A stretch of DNA of 49,551 nt from Gallionella sp. (lineage in GTDB: Bacteria > Pseudomonadota > Gammaproteobacteria > Burkholderiales > Gallionellaceae): contig JANLIB010000164.1 of assembly GCA_024653675.1 (NCBI GenBank), forward strand, positions 1 through 49,551, read 5' to 3'. The translations under genes and the position numbers were made by a program. Below are positions 1 through 8,689 of the stretch, one piece after another. How positions within the stretch are numbered: position 1 is the first letter of the stretch; each line of letters starts with the position of its first letter. The notes beneath the pieces are model-generated. The model was not told the origin of the DNA and did no database searches. It saw only the letters and a program-made list of their open reading frames with translations.

Positions 1-55
1 ATTGAGCTTTCCATAATTTACGACAAATATACTGCTGAACGGCGACATACGAATA

Positions 56-171
56 CTCCCTTCTCCCGCGGGCGGGAGAAGGGCAGGGGATGAGGGGCTG
101 TGGGCACATAAGAACCTTATTTCCGCTCGACACCCCTCACCCCAACCCCTCTCCCGCTTGCGGGAGAGGGG
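56..171. repeat. Inverted doublet of CCCCTCTCCC-N-GGGAGAGGGG hairpin repeats (DUF559-associated family, empty copy)
   Basis: Arm 56-97 (ctcccttctcccgcgggcgggagaagggcaggggatgagggg) and inverted arm 133-171 (cccctcaccccaacccctctcccgcttgcgggagagggg); same arms as those flanking the gene at 44047-44445. Confidence 0.85.
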
Positions 172-240
172 CTCCAAGTGCATCAGGGTGAACTCTGTAA
201 TAAATTAAGGAATACTCAATAATTGGAATAAAATGACCCC

Positions 241-786
241 ATGCCAGAATACCGACGCGCCAACATTCCCGGCGCCACTTACTTCTTCACCGTTATCACA
301 TACCGTCGTCAGGCGCTGCTGACCGACCCGCACTGCCGCGAGTCTTTGCGCAACGCTATCGACAAAGTGCGTTTGAAAATGCCTTTCGAGATTGTTGCAT
401 GGGTGTTAATGCCCGATCACCTGCATGCCGTATGGCAACTTCCGCAAAACGACAGGGATTTTTCGCTGCGCTGCTCTCTCATCAAGCAACACGTCACACG
501 CGATTGTGCGGCGTGGCTCCCACGGCAAAACCTCTCGGCTTCGCGCGATAAGCGGGGTGAAGGCAACTTGTGGCAGCGGCGATTCCGGGAACATCTCATT
601 CGCGATGAAACAGATTTATCACGGCATCTGGATTACATACATTACAACCCGGTCAAACATGATTACGTTTCTAATGCGGCCGATTGGCCTTACTCTACCT
701 TTCATCGTTATGTGAAGGAAGAAACGTACCCGGAAGATTGGGGCGGTATTGTTGAGACAAATGATGGCAAGAGTTTTGGCGGGTGA
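241..786 (+). CDS. REP-associated tyrosine transposase (RAYT, Y1 HUH)
   Basis: YRR..G.TYFFTV N-terminus, MPDHLH HUH motif, WQRRFREHLIRD, YIHYNPVKH, WPYSTF. Confidence 0.92.
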   Translation: MPEYRRANIPGATYFFTVITYRRQALLTDPHCRESLRNAIDKVRLKMPFEIVAWVLMPDHLHAVWQLPQNDRDFSLRCSLIKQHVTRDCAAWLPRQNLSASRDKRGEGNLWQRRFREHLIRDETDLSRHLDYIHYNPVKHDYVSNAADWPYSTFHRYVKEETYPEDWGGIVETNDGKSFGG

Positions 787-789
787 TCT

Positions 790-809
790 GGTGCGCAGGC
801 GCACCCTAC
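790..809 (-). repeat. GTAG-type REP next to RAYT 1
   Basis: Minus strand reads GTAG-GGTGCGC-CT-GCGCACC, 3 bp after the RAYT stop. Confidence 0.8.
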
Positions 810-942
810 CAGGCTGAATTTGCAGGATGACTGAAGAACGTTATAACATGCCTGAACACAATGAACTTATTGGCACCGGATGATGCCTTGCCAACAGGAA
901 CGTGCGGTAACACTTTTGATGCAGGTATTATGGAGAAAGACC

Positions 943-1191
943 ATGACGACTTTGGAAGTAAAATTGAATTTGCCCGACAGCCTGGCGAAAGAGGCAACGC
1001 GTATGGGTTTGCTTAGCCCTGACAGTCTGCAAGCCATGTTGCGCGAAGCAGTTCGCAGCCGTCATATTACGTCGCTTGCCGAAGCACGCCGCAAGATTGC
1101 CGCTGCGGGTATCGCCCCCATGACAATGGAGGAGATTCAGGCAGAGATTGAAACAGACCGCGCCGAGCGGCGCAAACCGGCTCCCAACTGA
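943..1191 (+). CDS. Putative antitoxin paired with a PIN toxin
   Basis: 82 aa (MTTLEVKLNLPDSLAKEA...MTMEEIQAEI); GGAG RBS; TGATG overlap with the PIN gene. Confidence 0.75.
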   Translation: MTTLEVKLNLPDSLAKEATRMGLLSPDSLQAMLREAVRSRHITSLAEARRKIAAAGIAPMTMEEIQAEIETDRAERRKPAPN

Positions 1192-1771
1192 TGTTGTGGG
1201 TGCTCGATACCAATATCGTTGCATCCGGGCTTTTATGGAATGGTACGCCGGCACGTTTGCTGGATGCGGCACAAACAGATGAAGTGGCGCTTTTTACCAG
1301 CCTCATACTGCTGGCAGAGTTGACCCGGATATTGCGTCGCGAGAAGTTCGGCAAAGTGATTGCAGCCAGCGGTTTAACACTTGATGCTTTGGTGCTAGCA
1401 GCCTGTCTGACTTGAAGAATCGAAGCGAAAATTCGGCTGAGCGAGGACAGATTTTGCCGGTTTTGCAGGTCAATAGCCGTTCTATTGACCAAAAAAGTGG
1501 TGAAATATGGACCGCTCAGGCGGATTTGCAGCCGATTTCCTTTAAGTCAGACAGGCTGCTAGGATATGCCGAACTCGCTACGCTCGTAACACCTGTTCCG
1601 ATCGCACCAATGATTCTTGACGACCCTGATGATGATCATGTGCTGGCCTGTGCGCTGACTGCTCAAGCAGATTTGATTGTTTCCGGCGATCGTCACTTAC
1701 TCGGCCTGAAAACCTATCAAGGCATCCGCATCGTGACTGCATCCGAAGCGCTGCAGATCATTACAGCGTAA
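1191..1771 (+). pseudogene. PIN-domain (VapC-like) toxin interrupted by a MITE
   Basis: N-terminus VLDTNIVASGLL; C-terminus DDPDDDHVLACA..ADLIVSGDRHLL; removing 1399-1562 rejoins ...LVL-GYAEL... in frame. Confidence 0.9.
1399..1558. mobile_element. 160-bp MITE with CTAG target duplication
   Basis: TIR cagcctgtctgactt / aagtcagacaggctg; CTAG at 1395-1398 and 1559-1562. Confidence 0.92.
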
Positions 1772-1787
1772 CAATAAAGACCATGCC

Positions 1788-3215
1788 ATGACTGATACCC
1801 GCCTCCTCCCCTATGCCTACGCCCGCGACTTTGCGCTGCTGGCGCAGCGCAATAACGCTTCGGACAGCGCGGTCGAAATCCTGGTTTCGGATGCGACCAG
1901 GACCAGTGCAATCGCGGAAGTGAGCCGCTGTTTCGGGCGCGTCAGGCTGAAATCCCTGCCGCATGCAGAGCTCGAAGCGGCAATCGCCAAAGCCTATGCC
2001 GGTTCGGGCGGCGACGCGGCGCAGGTCATTGACGAGTATGAGTCCGATCTCGACCTGACGAAACTGATGCAGGACATCCCGGCGGTCGAAGACCTGCTGG
2101 CCTCGACCGACGACGCGCCGGTAATCCGCATGATCAACGCGCTGCTGACTCAGGCATTGCGCGAGGGCGCATCCGATATCCATATCGAACCGTTCGAACA
2201 GAATTCCGTGGTGCGCTTTCGCATCGACGGCAGCCTGCGCGATGTGGTCAAGCCGAAGAAGGCGATCCATGCCTCGCTGATCTCGCGCATCAAGATCATG
2301 GCGCAGCTCGACATCGCCGAAAAAAGACTGCCGCAGGATGGCCGCATCACGTTGCGCGTCGGCGGCAAGCCGGTTGATGTGCGGGTTTCCACATTGCCCA
2401 CCGGTCATGGCGAACGCGCGGTGCTGCGCCTTCTGGAAAAGGAATCCGGCAAGCTGGACTTGCAGCATCTGGGCATGAGCAAGGAAGTGCTGGCGCAATT
2501 CGACAAGCTGATCGCACAGCCGCACGGCATCGTGCTGGTGACCGGACCGACCGGTTCCGGCAAGACCACTACGCTGTATGCCGCGCTGACCCGGCTGAAT
2601 ACAACCAGCACCAATATCCTGACGGTGGAAGACCCGATCGAATACGAACTGAACGGCGTCGGCCAGACCCAGGTCAATCCGCGCATCGATATGACGTTCG
2701 CCAAAGCCTTGCGGGCGATTTTGCGGCAGGATCCGGACATCATCATGATCGGCGAGATACGCGACCTGGAAACCGCGCAGATCGCGGTGCAGGCTTCGTT
2801 GACCGGCCATCTGGTGCTGGCGACTTTGCATACCAATGACTCGGCGGCGGCGGTGACGCGCCTGCTCGACATGGGCATCGAGCCGTTCCTGTTGTCGTCG
2901 TCGCTGCTCGGCGTAGTCGCGCAGCGTTTGGTGCGCAAATTATGCCCGCACTGCAAACGGCATGAGGGACAGTTCTGGCATGACACCGGTTGCGACAAGT
3001 GCGGCCACACCGGCTATCAGGGACGTGTCGGCGTGTATGAATTATTGCTGACCACCGAACAGATCCGCGCGCAGATACATAACCGCGCCTCGGAAGCCGA
3101 CATCCGCGCCACCGCGCAGCGTGACGGGATGCGCACGATGCGCGAGGATGGCGAGCGCTGGCTGGCCGATGGCACGACGACACAGGCAGAATTGTTGCGG
3201 GTCACCAAGGACTAA
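1788..3215 (+). CDS. gspE: Type II secretion ATPase GspE
   Basis: ASDIHIEP, RLPQDGRI, Walker A GPTGSGKTT, LRQDPDIIMIGEIRD, CxxC pairs. Confidence 0.96.
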   Translation: MTDTRLLPYAYARDFALLAQRNNASDSAVEILVSDATRTSAIAEVSRCFGRVRLKSLPHAELEAAIAKAYAGSGGDAAQVIDEYESDLDLTKLMQDIPAVEDLLASTDDAPVIRMINALLTQALREGASDIHIEPFEQNSVVRFRIDGSLRDVVKPKKAIHASLISRIKIMAQLDIAEKRLPQDGRITLRVGGKPVDVRVSTLPTGHGERAVLRLLEKESGKLDLQHLGMSKEVLAQFDKLIAQPHGIVLVTGPTGSGKTTTLYAALTRLNTTSTNILTVEDPIEYELNGVGQTQVNPRIDMTFAKALRAILRQDPDIIMIGEIRDLETAQIAVQASLTGHLVLATLHTNDSAAAVTRLLDMGIEPFLLSSSLLGVVAQRLVRKLCPHCKRHEGQFWHDTGCDKCGHTGYQGRVGVYELLLTTEQIRAQIHNRASEADIRATAQRDGMRTMREDGERWLADGTTTQAELLRVTKD

Positions 3216-3260
3216 TTTGCAGGTGCGAATCCTTCCGTACACAATTAAACGGCGCGCCTT

Positions 3261-3373
3261 GCTCCCCCGCAAGCGGGGGAAGGGTCGGGGATGAGGGACG
3301 ATGTGATGCATCAAAACGTGATTATTACTCAACTCCCCTCACCCCTACCCCTCTCCCGCCTGCGGGAGAGGGG
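3261..3373. repeat. Inverted doublet of CCCCTCTCCC hairpin repeats (empty DUF559-type element)
   Basis: Arms 3261-3297 and 3335-3373 in the same arrangement as 56-171. Confidence 0.8.
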
Positions 3374-3386
3374 TTGAACAGCGGAC

Positions 3387-3509
3387 GTAGGGCGGGTCAC
3401 ACCGGTGCCGGGACAAAAGTTTTTCGTACCCGCCGTAACCCACCGGCTTCCGTGCAACCACGGCGGGTCCGAAAAACTTTTGGCCGGGCACCCGTGTGAC
3501 CCGCCCTAC
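3387..3509. repeat. Long GTAG REP doublet (REPIN-like)
   Basis: gtagggcgggtcacac...acccgccgt, then a spacer, then acggcgggt...gtgtgacccgccctac. Confidence 0.85.
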
Positions 3510-3534
3510 ACTAGCTACGATATAAGGACACGTC

Positions 3535-4755
3535 TTGCCAGCATTCAGTTATGAAGCCGTGGACACGACCGGCGCTACCAAAAAAGGCGTAGTCAACGCC
3601 GACAGCGCCCGTGCCGCCCGCGCCGACCTGCGCACGCAAGGTCTGGTGCCGATCGCTGTAGCTGCGATCACGACCCAGCTCGACGAATCCGGACAAACCA
3701 GAACGCGCTCATTCGGCGATCGTCTGTCGACCGTGGAGCTGGCATTGTTCACACGCCAGCTCGCCAGTCTGCTGGAAGCCAGCCTGCCGCTGGAGCAGGC
3801 ATTTTCCGCGTTGCTGGAACAGGCAGAACGCACCTATGTGCGCGACCTGGTCGCTTCGATCCGCTCGGAGGTGATGGGCGGCACGTCGCTGTCCGATGCG
3901 CTGGCCAAACATCCGCGTGACTTTGCCGACATCTATCGCGCGATAGTTTCCTCGGGCGAACAGATCGGACAATTGTCGCGGGTGCTCTCAAGGCTCGCCG
4001 ACTATATCGAGCGGCGCAACGCGCTGGTGCAAAAGGTCAGGCTCGCATTCACCTATCCGGCGATCGTCACGGTGGTGGCATTCCTGATCGTGATCTTTCT
4101 GCTGACCTACGTCGTGCCGCAGATCGTGTCGGTGTTCGCCAACACCAAGCAGAAGCTGCCGTTCCTGACCATGGTGATGCTGGGCGTCTCCGATTTTGTG
4201 CGGTATTACGGCTGGATCGTATTGCTGGCAATCATCGCTCTGGCCTTTGCCTGGCGCCGCGCGCTCAGGAATCCGGCAATCAGGCTGCGCTGGCACACCT
4301 GGCTGTTGAACGCGCCGCTGTATGGCAGATTCGAGCGCAGCCTGAACACCGCGCGCTTTGCCAGCACGCTGGCGATCACCACCGCCTCCGGTGTGCCGAT
4401 ACTGCAAGCGCTGCAAACCAGCCGCGACACCCTGACCAACGTCGCGATGCGCGCGCAAGTCGAAGCGGCGACAGCCAGCGTGCGTGAAGGCGTGAGCCTG
4501 ACGCGCGCATTGTCCGGGCATCCGCATTTCCCTGCGATGATGATCCACATGATCCGCGCCGGCGAAATCACCGGTGAATTGCCGGCAATGCTGGAGCGCG
4601 CCGCCAATGCGCAGGAACAGGATCTGGAACGCCGCGCGATGACCATGGCGGGGTTGCTCGAACCCGCCCTGATACTCGCGATGGGTGTGGTGGTGCTGCT
4701 GATCGTATTGGCGGTGCTGATGCCGATCATCGAGATCAACCAATTGGTACGCTGA
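3535..4755 (+). CDS. gspF: Type II secretion inner membrane protein GspF
   Basis: LFTRQLASLL, AFTYPAIV, GEITGEL, LLEPALIL; follows gspE; TTG start with AAGGA RBS. Confidence 0.95.
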   Translation: MPAFSYEAVDTTGATKKGVVNADSARAARADLRTQGLVPIAVAAITTQLDESGQTRTRSFGDRLSTVELALFTRQLASLLEASLPLEQAFSALLEQAERTYVRDLVASIRSEVMGGTSLSDALAKHPRDFADIYRAIVSSGEQIGQLSRVLSRLADYIERRNALVQKVRLAFTYPAIVTVVAFLIVIFLLTYVVPQIVSVFANTKQKLPFLTMVMLGVSDFVRYYGWIVLLAIIALAFAWRRALRNPAIRLRWHTWLLNAPLYGRFERSLNTARFASTLAITTASGVPILQALQTSRDTLTNVAMRAQVEAATASVREGVSLTRALSGHPHFPAMMIHMIRAGEITGELPAMLERAANAQEQDLERRAMTMAGLLEPALILAMGVVVLLIVLAVLMPIIEINQLVR

Positions 4756-4897
4756 CAGGATGTTGAAAAACTACTGCGCTTGCCAATACTGCGTTAAAAA
4801 TTGGCTCAAAATCCTCATGTACTTTTGTGTACACTCCGGTTCTTCGCCAATTTTCGCCTTGTCTTGGCTGCGCTCGCTACGTTTTTCAACACCCTGT
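4755..4897. mobile_element. ~143-bp MITE
   Basis: TIR acaggatgttgaaaaa / tttttcaacaccctgt; internal inverted symmetry. Confidence 0.8.
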
Positions 4898-4934
4898 TAA
4901 TGGTATATTCTGCCGCCGATGTGAGAGGAATACC

Positions 4935-5342
4935 ATGAAACGCTTGCCACTGATTACAAGTTTCATACTGTTTATCGCGCTGTGCGCATCGGTCGCGTAT
5001 TGGGCGATGCAGTTGTTCAAGCCGCCGCAGCGCGCGGTCGCAGCCGCGCCCCGGACGGCCCAGCCTGCCGTTCGACTCGATGCCGCGGCCAGCCTGTTAG
5101 GCGGGCGTCCGACTACTGCCGTCGCCAGCAATTTTCAGCTTAAGGGCGTAGTGGTCGCCGGTGATCCGTCCGAGAGCGTCGCGATCCTGGCGGCTAACGG
5201 CAAGCCGCCGCAAGCGATCAGAACAGACAAGGAAGTCGTGCCTGGGGTAACAGTCAAGGAAATAAACAGCCGCTATGTGCTGTTGTCGGAAGGCGGCGTA
5301 ATCAAACGTGTTGACTTACCCGAAGATGCAAAGCGCAAATGA
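4935..5342 (+). CDS. T2SS GspC-like protein
   Basis: N-terminal transmembrane helix, FQLKGVVVAG..AIL, EVVPGVTVKEI; GAGG RBS before the ATG at 4935. Confidence 0.75.
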   Translation: MKRLPLITSFILFIALCASVAYWAMQLFKPPQRAVAAAPRTAQPAVRLDAAASLLGGRPTTAVASNFQLKGVVVAGDPSESVAILAANGKPPQAIRTDKEVVPGVTVKEINSRYVLLSEGGVIKRVDLPEDAKRK

Positions 5343-5392
5343 TCCGGAGCGTATCGAACTGTTGTTTTCCTGCGGTGTTGATACAGCAAATG

Positions 5393-5417
5393 AAAAAGCC
5401 GCTTGGAGCGGCTTTTT
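5393..5417. terminator. Bidirectional intrinsic terminator
   Basis: aaaaagccgct-tgg-agcggcttttt. Confidence 0.8.
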
Positions 5418-5490
5418 ACATTCATGTCCGTTGAATTTTGCCGGGAAAAATTGCACGATTGCTATTGAATACCTCGCCACAACACGCATT

Positions 5491-5721
5491 AACCCGGATA
5501 ATCCATTAGAAAAAACTTCGTCATTCCGGCGAAGGCCGGAATCCAGATGATTAATAATTCCCCACGAAAGTGGGACAACATTGTGTTTTTGTCTGCTTTG
5601 CAGAGTAATTTTTATGACTGGATTCCGGCCTTCGCCGGATAACCAGCGACTTGACCGCTTGCGGGCTTAGTCGAATGGCTAGTTGTTTCATCAATGACGG
5701 GCTAATGGATTATCTCGGATT
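5491..5721. mobile_element. Composite MITE containing a GTCATTCCGGC palindrome pair
   Basis: TIR aacccggataatccattag / ctaatggattatctcggatt; inner cgtcattccggcgaaggccggaatccag ... ctggattccggccttcgccgg[insert]aatgacg. Confidence 0.8.
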
Positions 5722-5789
5722 AACACACGATGCCATCAGTTGGCTTGCAAGCTGTTGCCCCCATAGTCATCCCCTCCCGGTGATACTGC

Positions 5790-6107
5790 CTATGCGGCCA
5801 ACAATTCAGCCTTTATCGGCTTGATTCGTGCCAATTTCTCCGGCCTTTGCTCGACTTCCCACAGATCCACGGCCTGCTGCATGCGCAACCAGCTTTCCGG
5901 CGTGGTGTTAAGCAGCTTGGCGATTCGCGCCGCCATCTCTGGAGTCAAGGCGCGCTTTTCGTGCAGCAGATCGGAAACTGTCAGGCGGGATACACCAAGC
6001 CTCTGCGCAAACTCGGTCTGGGTCATTTCGAGGGCAGGCAGTACGTCCTCGCGCAGGATGGCGCCAGGATGCGTCGGGCGGCGCTTCGGGTCTCGTAGGG
6101 TCTTCAT
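5790..6107 (-). CDS. higA: HigA-family antitoxin (HTH)
   Basis: PTHPGAILRE, TQTEFAQRLGVSRLTVS, TPESWLRMQ. Confidence 0.92.
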   Translation of the reverse strand: MKTLRDPKRRPTHPGAILREDVLPALEMTQTEFAQRLGVSRLTVSDLLHEKRALTPEMAARIAKLLNTTPESWLRMQQAVDLWEVEQRPEKLARIKPIKAELLAA

Positions 6108-6385
6108 CAGTGATAATCCTCCAAATTAACATCGATGGCATCTTTGCCGTCGAATCGAAAAGTGATGCGCCAGTTGCCGGTCACCGTCACGGCATAGGTT
6201 CCCTTGCAGCTCCCCGTTAGCGGGTGAAATTTGTATCCGGGAATGTTCATGTCCTCCGGCCTCACGATGGTATCAAGCCGGTCAAGCATCCGTTCAGTTC
6301 GCACCTCAGTCTTGGCGATGATTCCCCGGTGGTCGCCCTTCTTGAAGAACCGCTCAAGACCTTTGTGTTTGAATGTTCGAATCAT
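6107..6385 (-). CDS. higB: HigB (RelE/ParE-like) toxin
   Basis: MIRTFKHKGLERFF, GYKFHPL.G, VTGNWRITFRF, LEDYH; lies upstream of higA. Confidence 0.92.
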   Translation of the reverse strand: MIRTFKHKGLERFFKKGDHRGIIAKTEVRTERMLDRLDTIVRPEDMNIPGYKFHPLTGSCKGTYAVTVTGNWRITFRFDGKDAIDVNLEDYH

Positions 6386-6391
6386 GGCGAT

Positions 6392-6431
6392 ATGTAATTA
6401 ATTAGAATGCATTGTAATTAGTACAATTACA
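6392..6431. promoter_or_regulatory. Probable higBA operator palindrome
   Basis: ttgtaatt-agtac-aattacaa plus a second tgtaatta copy just upstream of higB. Confidence 0.5.
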
Positions 6432-6435
6432 AATG

Positions 6436-6836
6436 TCAAACGGCTTTAGCTGGCAGCGAAACCACTTCTGCCCCGGCCTTCAACTTGTCCAGGTAGTCCG
6501 CCCATAGCTGCATCATCTTCCGGCGCTCGACAAGGTGAGCAGCGCGTTTGTATGCGCGTCCGTTCGGATCGCGCACGGCATGGGCAAATGATGTTCGATG
6601 AAGTCCGGGCGCACCTGTTGTTCCCCCCTTTGAAAAGGGGGCATGTGGGAATTCGAGACGCGCCGAATATGTAAATCCCCCTCGATCCCCCTTTTCACCC
6701 GCAAGGGGTACGCCGGTGGGTGCCCCGCTGCTGCGCAGCGACCCTCCCGCAGTCAAAGGGGGAAGCGGCACGGTGATGCGTCATACTGCGAATTGTTCAG
6801 AAGCATGTTCTTTATTGCGGTATCGGTTAGCGACAT
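6436..6836 (-). pseudogene. Internally deleted P4-like tyrosine integrase remnant
   Basis: Start at 6836 reads MSLTDTAIKN; C-terminal RPDFIEHHL / AHAVRDPNGRAY..RRKMMQLWADYLD with a frameshift; the middle is replaced by repeats. Confidence 0.8.
6623..6764. repeat. CCCCCTTT-N-AAAGGGGG hairpin doublet with a nested insert
   Basis: cccccctttgaaaaggggg..ggga and aatccccctcgatcccccttt[insert]caaaggggga. Confidence 0.7.
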
Positions 6837-6922
6837 GGGGGTAACTCCTTCACGCTATGTGCGTGTTACCCCGCAAGTTACCCCCGGATATCAATAGACG
6901 GGACAGGGCTACCCAAGACAAC

Positions 6923-6959
6923 AAAAAGCCCGCAATGCGTTTATTCATGCGGGCTTTCT
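6923..6959. terminator. Terminator-like hairpin downstream of the tRNA
   Basis: aaaaagcccgca...tgcgggctttct. Confidence 0.6.
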
Positions 6960-6991
6960 GGACTTGCTTGAACTGCTTTGTACTGTCTATA

Positions 6992-7068
6992 TGGTAGGCA
7001 CGATTGGACTCGAACCAACGACCCCTTGGATGTCGACCAAGTGCTCTAACCAGCTGAGCTACGCGCCT
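6992..7068 (-). tRNA. tRNA-Val (GAC)
   Basis: AGGCGCG acceptor stem, TAGCTCAGCTGGTTAGAGC D arm, CTTGG-TCGACAT-CCAAG anticodon arm, GTTCGAGTC T loop, CCA end; 77 nt. Confidence 0.95.
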
Positions 7069-7084
7069 GTTTTTGAGACCGCGC

Positions 7085-7113
7085 ATTGTAGCCGAAAGCC
7101 CGGCGCGCTTCAA
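7085..7113 (-). promoter_or_regulatory. Sigma70 promoter for the tRNA
   Basis: TTGAAG-17 bp-TACAAT followed by a GC-rich discriminator. Confidence 0.65.
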
Positions 7114-7125
7114 ATAGAAACGCGC

Positions 7126-8505
7126 TTAATAATTGCCTGACGCCAGATTGTCGAAACGCGTGTATTCGCCGCGGAAAGCGAGCGGCACCATGCCGATCGG
7201 GCCATTGCGCTGTTTGCCGATGATGATCTCGGCCTTGCCTTTATCGGGCGAGTTCTCGTTATAGATTTCATCGCGGTAGATGAACAGGATCAAGTCTGCA
7301 TCCTGTTCGATCGCTCCGCTTTCACGCAGATCGGACATCACCGGGCGTTTGTTGGGGCGTTGCTCTAAACTGCGGTTCAACTGCGACAGCGCGATCACCG
7401 GCACATGCAATTCCTTCGACAAGGCCTTTAAGGAGCGGGAAATTTCCGAGATTTCCGTGGCGCGGTTCTCGCTGGCCTTGCCCGCAGCCGAACTCATCAA
7501 TTGCAGATAGTCCACCACGATGAGTCCCAGATTATGCTGGCGATGCAGGCGGCGCGACCGCGCGCGCACTTCCAGGGCGGACAGCGCGCCGCTTTCGTCG
7601 ATGAAAATCGGCGCGTCATTCAGCTTGCCAAGCGCGTGCGTCAGCCTCCCCCAGTCGTCATCCTTCAGACGTCCGGTGCGTAATGCCTGCTGGTCGAGCT
7701 TGCCGACCGAGCCGAGCATGCGCATCGCCAGCTGCGATGCGCCCATTTCCATGCTGAAAATTGCCACCGGCAGTTTGCTGTCCAGCGCTACATTCTCGGC
7801 GATGTTGATTGCGAAAGCAGTCTTACCCATGCTCGGACGTCCGGCGATGATAATCAGTTCGCCGGACTGCAAGCCGGAGGTCTTGCGGTCCAGATCGGTG
7901 AAGCCGGTCGCGGTTCCGGTGATGTCGCTGGGGTTGTCGCTTCCATACAGTGTCTCGATGCGCTCCACCGCCTGAGTCAACAGCGGCGGCATGGCGATAA
8001 AGCCTTGCTGGCCGCGCGAACCTGCCTCGGCGATCTCCAGAACTTTTCTTTCCGCCTCGTCGAGCAATTGCGCGGCATCGCGCCCGGAAGGATTGTAGGA
8101 GCTGCTGGCGATATCGGTGCCGACTTCCGCAAGCTTGCGCATGATGGAACGCTCGCGCACGATCTCGCCATAGCGGCGGATGTTGGCAGCCGACGGCACG
8201 TTCTGCGCCAGGCTGCCCAGATAGGGCAATCCGCCCACCTTGTCCAGTTCGCCGGCGATCTCGAGCGCCTCGGCCACGGTGATCACGTCCACGGGTTTCA
8301 TCTGCTCGCTCAGGCGCACGATCTGGCTGAAGATCAGCCGGTGTTCCTGACGGTAGAAGTCTTCGCCGGTCACCAGGTCGACGATGCGGTCCAGCGCGCC
8401 GGCTTCAAGCAGCAAGCCTCCCAGCACCGATTGCTCGGCCTCGACCGAATGCGGCGGCAGTTTTATTTGTTCGAGTTGCGCGTCCGCGTGGGTGAAATTT
8501 TGCAT
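7126..8505 (-). CDS. dnaB: Replicative DNA helicase
   Basis: PPHSVEAEQSVLG, GRPSMGKT, DYLQL, DLRESGAIEQDAD, KQRNGP. Confidence 0.98.
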   Translation of the reverse strand: MQNFTHADAQLEQIKLPPHSVEAEQSVLGGLLLEAGALDRIVDLVTGEDFYRQEHRLIFSQIVRLSEQMKPVDVITVAEALEIAGELDKVGGLPYLGSLAQNVPSAANIRRYGEIVRERSIMRKLAEVGTDIASSSYNPSGRDAAQLLDEAERKVLEIAEAGSRGQQGFIAMPPLLTQAVERIETLYGSDNPSDITGTATGFTDLDRKTSGLQSGELIIIAGRPSMGKTAFAINIAENVALDSKLPVAIFSMEMGASQLAMRMLGSVGKLDQQALRTGRLKDDDWGRLTHALGKLNDAPIFIDESGALSALEVRARSRRLHRQHNLGLIVVDYLQLMSSAAGKASENRATEISEISRSLKALSKELHVPVIALSQLNRSLEQRPNKRPVMSDLRESGAIEQDADLILFIYRDEIYNENSPDKGKAEIIIGKQRNGPIGMVPLAFRGEYTRFDNLASGNY

Positions 8506-8565
8506 AGGATTGTTATCGTTCGGGAGCGATTAAGCGGAGGGTATTTTACCTTGTTGCAGGAATAT

Positions 8566-8654
8566 GCAGGGGCGCGATTTATATCGAAGAGATTCTTGTG
8601 CCCTGCGGGTATCGCGCCCCAATGTAAAAAGGGCGCGATAAATCGCGCCCCTAC
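8566..8654. repeat. GTAGGGGCGCGAT-family REP doublet; one loop carries a 30-bp insert
   Basis: gcaggggcgcgattt[8581-8610]atcgcgccc ... gggcgcgataaatcgcgcccctac. Confidence 0.85.
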
Positions 8655-8689
8655 AAAACATCTTTGTATTTCCTTGATACGGCGGAGAA

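Noticed and set aside
1761-2831. Long antisense ORFs (for example 1761-2831, 24294-25691, 31622-32716, 39770-41155, 42803-44317)
   Set aside because: Shadow frames of well-supported GC-rich genes on the opposite strand, with no recognisable motifs.
5400-5790. attR copy of the tRNA-Val 3' end closing the islet
   Set aside because: I found no duplicate of the tRNA 3' sequence, so the left boundary is undefined.
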